This document shows, in pieces, positions 28,501 through 32,607 of a stretch of DNA of 32,607 nt. The DNA comes from an uncultured Pseudomonadales bacterium. GTDB taxonomy: Bacteria > Patescibacteriota > Microgenomatia > UBA1400 > PJMF01. The translations under genes were made by a program, and so were the position numbers. The stretch's first letter is position 1. Every line of letters starts with the position of its first letter. A model generated the notes under the pieces. The model was not told the origin of the DNA. It was given only the letters and a program-made list of their open reading frames with translations, and ran no database searches. The DNA is taken from the NCBI GenBank assembly GCA_964393205.1, contig CAYMSV010000003.1:1-32607 (forward strand). Reading direction: 5' to 3'.

Positions 28501-28549
28501 TTGAAAAGTAATAAAAGAGGCGTATTATATATGAATATGTGTTCATATA
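28501..28549 (+). promoter_or_regulatory. Promoter plus ArsR/SmtB-type operator
   Basis: TTGAAA (28501-28506), 16 bp, TATTAT (28523-28528); inverted repeat TATATGAA-N6-TTCATATA (28528-28549). Confidence 0.8.
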
Positions 28550-28851
28550 AATGTTGTTCACTAAACACTAAAGAATCTAGCGAAATTTCTCAACTTACCG
28601 AAGTTTTAAAATTGTTGGCTGAAGAAAATCGGTTAAAAATTTTTTCTTTATTGGAAAAGACGAGTTGTTGTGTCTGCGAAATGTTTGAGCCCCTATCTAT
28701 GTCTCAAAGTTTACTTTCTCATCATTTAGCAGATTTAAAAAAAATGGGCTTAATTGAGAGTAAAAAAAACGGTCGACGAGCCTATTATTCTCTTACAAAA
28801 AAAGGTAAAAAAATCAGCAAACTAATTTTGGCTTTAAGAAAGGAATTATGA
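28537..28851 (+). CDS. arsR: ArsR/SmtB family metalloregulator
   Basis: LKLLAEENRLKI, CCVCE, SQSLLSHHLADLKKMGLI, GRRAYYSL; start is ATG 28537 or 28531. Confidence 0.92.
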   Translation: MCSYKCCSLNTKESSEISQLTEVLKLLAEENRLKIFSLLEKTSCCVCEMFEPLSMSQSLLSHHLADLKKMGLIESKKNGRRAYYSLTKKGKKISKLILALRKEL

Positions 28852-29090
28852 TTATTAAGGTTCTAGGTTCTGGTTGTGCAACTTGCAAAAGACTTTACGA
28901 AATGACTAAACAAGCTGTATCAGAATTAAATTGGAATGAAGAGGTGGAATATATTACCGATATTAATCAAATTATTAACTTAGGATTAATGACCAGTCCA
29001 GTGTTAATGGTTGATGAACAAGTATTATTGGCTGGAAAAATTAGCGATGTTGAAGGTATTAAAAAATTATTGGAAGATCTAAAAAAATAA
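28848..29090 (+). CDS. Small redox-active disulfide protein (MTH895-like thioredoxin family)
   Basis: IKVLGSGCATC...GLMTSPVLMVD...GK; ATGA overlap with arsR. Confidence 0.9.
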   Translation: MIIKVLGSGCATCKRLYEMTKQAVSELNWNEEVEYITDINQIINLGLMTSPVLMVDEQVLLAGKISDVEGIKKLLEDLKK

Positions 29091-30131
29091 ATGTCAAATT
29101 TATTAATTAATACTCTTAGTCAGGGTTATTTAGGTTTAATCGATTATTTATCAGCCCATGTTTTATTTTGTTTAATTCCTGCCCTATTTATTGCTGGAGC
29201 AGTTAATAGTCTGTTGGCTGCTGATGCTATTTTGAAATATTTAGGCAATAAAAGTAAAAAAGTCATGGCTTATGGTATTGCTTCAATTAGTGGTTTATTG
29301 GTTCAGGTTTGTTCTTGTACAATTATTCCTCTATTTGCCGGTATTTGGAAAAGAGGAGCGGGTCTGGGAGTAGCCATTACTTTTCTTTATGCTGGTCCAG
29401 CAGTTAATTTATTAAGCCTGCTCTTAACTGGACAAAGGTTGGGTTGGGATTTTGCTCTGGTGCGTTTTGTTTTATCTATTATTTTTGCTATCAGCATCGG
29501 TTTAATTATGCAAGCTGTTTTTGGTAATGGTCATAGTAGTGAACAAAAACTGGTGATAGCTGAGCAAAAAAGTGCTCTTTCAGGTACTAAAGCTAAATAT
29601 TTTTGGTTAAGTTTGCTGGGCATTTTAATTATTGGTACAGCTCCGATTGATGGTGCTATTAAAATACCCAGTGTTTTAGTTTTAACTCTATTGCAGCTAT
29701 TGATGTCTTATAAGTGGTTGAGTGTTGAAAGTCGTCGAGCTTGGTGGAGCGAAACTTTAAAGTTTTTTAAGCAGATTTTACCCCTATTGTTTCTTGGTGT
29801 CTTTTTGGCTTCATCCATCACTTCTTTGATTCCCCAAGAATTATTTCAAACTTTAACTAGTCAAAATAACTTATTAACCAATTTTTTAATGGTTTTATTT
29901 GGAGCCTTGGCCTATTTTCCAGCTTTAGTAGAAGTGCCAATTGCCGAAAGCTTTATGAAGCTTGGTATGCATCGTGGTCCGCTTATGGCTTATCTTTTAT
30001 CTGATCCCGTGCTATCGCTACAGGGCTTATTAATTATTGCTAAATTCTTAGGAGTGAAAAAAACTTTGTTTTACACGATATTGATTATAATGTTAACGAC
30101 TACTGCTGGCTATTTATATGGATTAGTATAA
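29091..30131 (+). CDS. arsP: ArsP/DUF318 family permease
   Basis: VCSCTIIPL, GAGLGVAITFLYAGPAVN, GPLMAYLLSDP; multiple TM helices. Confidence 0.85.
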   Translation: MSNLLINTLSQGYLGLIDYLSAHVLFCLIPALFIAGAVNSLLAADAILKYLGNKSKKVMAYGIASISGLLVQVCSCTIIPLFAGIWKRGAGLGVAITFLYAGPAVNLLSLLLTGQRLGWDFALVRFVLSIIFAISIGLIMQAVFGNGHSSEQKLVIAEQKSALSGTKAKYFWLSLLGILIIGTAPIDGAIKIPSVLVLTLLQLLMSYKWLSVESRRAWWSETLKFFKQILPLLFLGVFLASSITSLIPQELFQTLTSQNNLLTNFLMVLFGALAYFPALVEVPIAESFMKLGMHRGPLMAYLLSDPVLSLQGLLIIAKFLGVKKTLFYTILIIMLTTTAGYLYGLV

Positions 30132-30157
30132 AAATTTTATTAATTTAGAAAGAAAAT

Positions 30158-30583
30158 ATGACAAAATTAATTATTACTATCAGTTTGTTAGTTACTAGCC
30201 TGGTATTTATAGCTGTAATTGTGATGGGGAGTCAACAAGGCGAAGAATTACCACTAGCTGACAATGGTCAACAAACTGAGCAAGAAGGCACAGAAGCTGG
30301 TGAAAAAGTCGATGCCGACATTTTTTATTGGGGCACTACTTGTCCTTATTGTCATGATGTTCAAGACTGGATGGAAGAACAAGGGGTGGAAGAAAAAATT
30401 GAAGTTATTAGTAAAGAGGTTTATAACAATCGAGCTAATTCGCTAGAATTAAGTGCTAGAGCTGAAAGTTGTGGAATGGATACTCAAAGAATTGGTGTAC
30501 CGTTTTTATACACCATTGATGGTCGCTGTTTAGTAGGTTCTCCAGACATTATTGAATACTTAGAAGGAAGGATTGCTGAATGA
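30158..30583 (+). CDS. Membrane-anchored glutaredoxin-like protein
   Basis: N-terminal TM helix; YWGTTCPYC; GVPFL cis-Pro loop; extra Cys pair. Confidence 0.85.
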   Translation: MTKLIITISLLVTSLVFIAVIVMGSQQGEELPLADNGQQTEQEGTEAGEKVDADIFYWGTTCPYCHDVQDWMEEQGVEEKIEVISKEVYNNRANSLELSARAESCGMDTQRIGVPFLYTIDGRCLVGSPDIIEYLEGRIAE

Positions 30584-31083
30584 AAATATTTACTTTTTTA
30601 TTAAGTAGCGCATTGTTTTTGATTTTTACGAAGCCAATACAAGCAGTTTGTCCTATTTGTACTGCAGCTGTTGCTGGTGGACTAGGTATTTCTAGATGGT
30701 TAGGAATTGATGATTCAGTAGTTGGTTTGTGGATTGGTGCTTTAGTTGTTTCTGCTTCTCTTTTGTTAGCAAATATTTTTGAAAAAAAGTGGCCGCAATT
30801 GCCGGCTAAAAGAGCGATGTCATTAATAATGTTTGCTTTATTTTTCTTGCCCATTCTGTGGTTAATTGGAGTAATTGGTTTACCGGGAAATACTTTAATG
30901 GGTGTTGATAAAATTTTACTAGGCATTGGGTTTGGAGGACTAATCTTTTTTTTAGCTGTGGTTTTAGATACTTATTTGAAGAAAATCAATGATGGAAAAG
31001 TTATTATTTATTATCAAACAGTAATTATTCCAGTTTTTTTATTATCTCTAGCTAGTTTTATTTTTTATTTAATAACAGTTTAA
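30580..31083 (+). CDS. Hypothetical membrane protein with a CxxC motif
   Basis: Signal-like N-terminus ending in IQA, then VCPICT; about 4-5 TM helices; ATGA overlap with the previous gene. Confidence 0.8.
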   Translation: MKIFTFLLSSALFLIFTKPIQAVCPICTAAVAGGLGISRWLGIDDSVVGLWIGALVVSASLLLANIFEKKWPQLPAKRAMSLIMFALFFLPILWLIGVIGLPGNTLMGVDKILLGIGFGGLIFFLAVVLDTYLKKINDGKVIIYYQTVIIPVFLLSLASFIFYLITV

Positions 31084-31095
31084 AGAAAGGCTAAT

Positions 31096-31662
31096 GTGGC
31101 GAAAACACAAAATCTACAAATTGACATTGACCAATTTATGAAAAAAGTCAAAGCAATGGAAAAAGGAGAAAAACTAGATCTGTCATCAGATGAAGACTTA
31201 TCCATTGGTATTATGAATTTAATTTCTATTGAAGAACACTTCTTTTTTACCTATAGCAAAACCAAAGATCAAAAATATTTAGATTTATTACATGAAGTTA
31301 GAGAAATGCGCAAAAAAGCTCTGAAAAAGATTATTAAAGATTATGAGGGCGAAGTGTGGTGTATTAGTAAACACTTACTGGCTGCTTCAATGCGCTTTAT
31401 GGAAGTTGGCACTAAGGCACTCACTAAGGGTGACCACAAAGAGGCTCAAAGCATGTTTGATAATTCTTACAACCTTTATAGTCTTTTTTGGGGATTAAAT
31501 TTGGGCGTAGTTGAAACTAAAGATATTAAACAAGATGAAAAAGATAAGCAAAAAATTAATTTAATTTCTGAAGATAAAAAGCCAAAAGTAAAAAGTTCAG
31601 TTAGTGTTTTTGATAAACTAGGTGAATTTGTTAAAAAAGCTCTCGACTGTTGTAAAGAGTAA
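31096..31662 (+). CDS. Hypothetical helical protein with a C-terminal Cys-Cys
   Basis: AAGAAAGG RBS and GTG start; motifs NLISIEEH, WCISKHLL, terminal DCCKE. Confidence 0.8.
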   Translation: MAKTQNLQIDIDQFMKKVKAMEKGEKLDLSSDEDLSIGIMNLISIEEHFFFTYSKTKDQKYLDLLHEVREMRKKALKKIIKDYEGEVWCISKHLLAASMRFMEVGTKALTKGDHKEAQSMFDNSYNLYSLFWGLNLGVVETKDIKQDEKDKQKINLISEDKKPKVKSSVSVFDKLGEFVKKALDCCKE

Positions 31663-31757
31663 CTTCTTGTTAAAAAAATATTTTTCTATTATTTCTAATT
31701 AATTTTGGTAATTTTCCTATCTTGTAGTATATTAAAGATAATTAAGGAAAGGATTTT

Positions 31758-32607
31758 ATGTCTCGTCGGGACTTTTTTAAAATTTTACAAAAAGAAGTAG
31801 CGCGCATTGATGCCGCTAGTGTAACTAAAAGAAAAGAGCACTTAATTGAAGGATTTACTAAAGAAGCCTCTCCCAAAGCAATTATTAATGGTCAGCCCTA
31901 TCGAATTTTTAACTCAAATGATTATTTGGGTTTGCGCCATCATCGCAAGTTAAAGAAAGCCGAACACCAGATGGCTGAGCTTTGTGGGACTGGGCCTGGA
32001 GCAGTGCGTTTCATATCTGGCTCATTTCAGGTGCATCGTGATTTAGAAAAGGCGTTAGCTAATTTTCATGGACAAGACGACGCTATGGTTTTTTCTAGTG
32101 CTTTTGCTACCAATTTAGCGGTACTTTTTAGCTTAATTAAAGGACAAAGTAAAGATTCTTTAGTAGGAGACGAGGTTTTAGTAATTTCTGATGAATTAAA
32201 TCATCGCAGTATTATTGACGGCATTCGTATTGCCAACCTAGAAAAAAGTCAAAAAGCTATCTTTAAGCACCTAGATGCCAATTCTTTGGAAGAAATTTTA
32301 GAAAAAAATATTAAAAAATTTAAACGTGTTTTGGTAATTACTGATGGTGTATTTTCAATGCTTGGGGAATATCAGGATCTAAAGAAAATACGTCGCATTA
32401 TTAATCGTTACGACAAAATTTATCCAGAGGGAGTTTTATTAGTGGTCGATGATTGCCATGGAGTGGCAGCTTTTGGCGAAACAGGTCGAGGAACAGAGGA
32501 AGTCTCTGGAGCAAAAGCTGATGTGTTAATTGGTACTTTGGGCAAGGGTTTGGGAGCAGATGGAGGATATGTAGTAGCCAAGCAAGTTGTCATTGATTAT
32601 CTTCGGG
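31758..32607 (+). CDS. kbl: PLP-dependent alpha-oxoamine synthase, probably 2-amino-3-ketobutyrate CoA ligase (3'-truncated by the window)
   Basis: Translated by hand from ATG 31758: NSNDYLGL, GAVRFISG, SDELNHRSIIDG, TDGVFSM, VDDCHG, GTLGKGLG; GAAAGGA RBS. Confidence 0.8.
   Translation, partial: MSRRDFFKILQKEVARIDAASVTKRKEHLIEGFTKEASPKAIINGQPYRIFNSNDYLGLRHHRKLKKAEHQMAELCGTGPGAVRFISGSFQVHRDLEKALANFHGQDDAMVFSSAFATNLAVLFSLIKGQSKDSLVGDEVLVISDELNHRSIIDGIRIANLEKSQKAIFKHLDANSLEEILEKNIKKFKRVLVITDGVFSMLGEYQDLKKIRRIINRYDKIYPEGVLLVVDDCHGVAAFGETGRGTEEVSGAKADVLIGTLGKGLGADGGYVVAKQVVIDYLR

Noticed and set aside
1-32607. CRISPR array, prophage, retron/DGR, alternative genetic code
   Set aside because: No regularly spaced repeats, phage genes or reverse transcriptase seen; TGA acts as a stop (for example arsR and the glutaredoxin gene) and long ORFs are intact in code 11

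Overview
AT-rich bacterial chromosomal window. The gene content suggests Patescibacteria/CPR (Microgenomates-like), but this is inference only. In order it contains: rpoD; a small stand-alone sigma-region-4-like HTH gene; an EEP phosphoesterase; tRNA-Asn(GTT); an orphan gene (distant NDP-hexose 2,3-dehydratase/Nudix-like) whose predicted 5' end is complementary to the sequence just after its stop codon; GNAT, YggT, MsrB, FAD reductase and ChaB genes; a frameshift-split ~1,580-aa helical-repeat protein; a convergent Pol-beta-type nucleotidyltransferase / histidine phosphatase pair; PCD; a PD-(D/E)XK-like protein; MazG; a GH13 glycosidase; two tandem-domain GH130 genes; a P2-type ATPase; an ABC exporter; a six-gene cysteine-rich arsR-thioredoxin-arsP operon with three atypical extra genes and a TGAA-N6-TTCA operator; and a truncated kbl-like gene. 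No CRISPR array, integrase or transposase was seen. The best candidates for undescribed biology are the end-paired monocistronic unit at 2767-3651, the extended ars-like operon, the rpoD-linked sigma-4 mini-protein and the NTase/phosphatase pair. All family calls come from reading motifs by eye; no searches were run.
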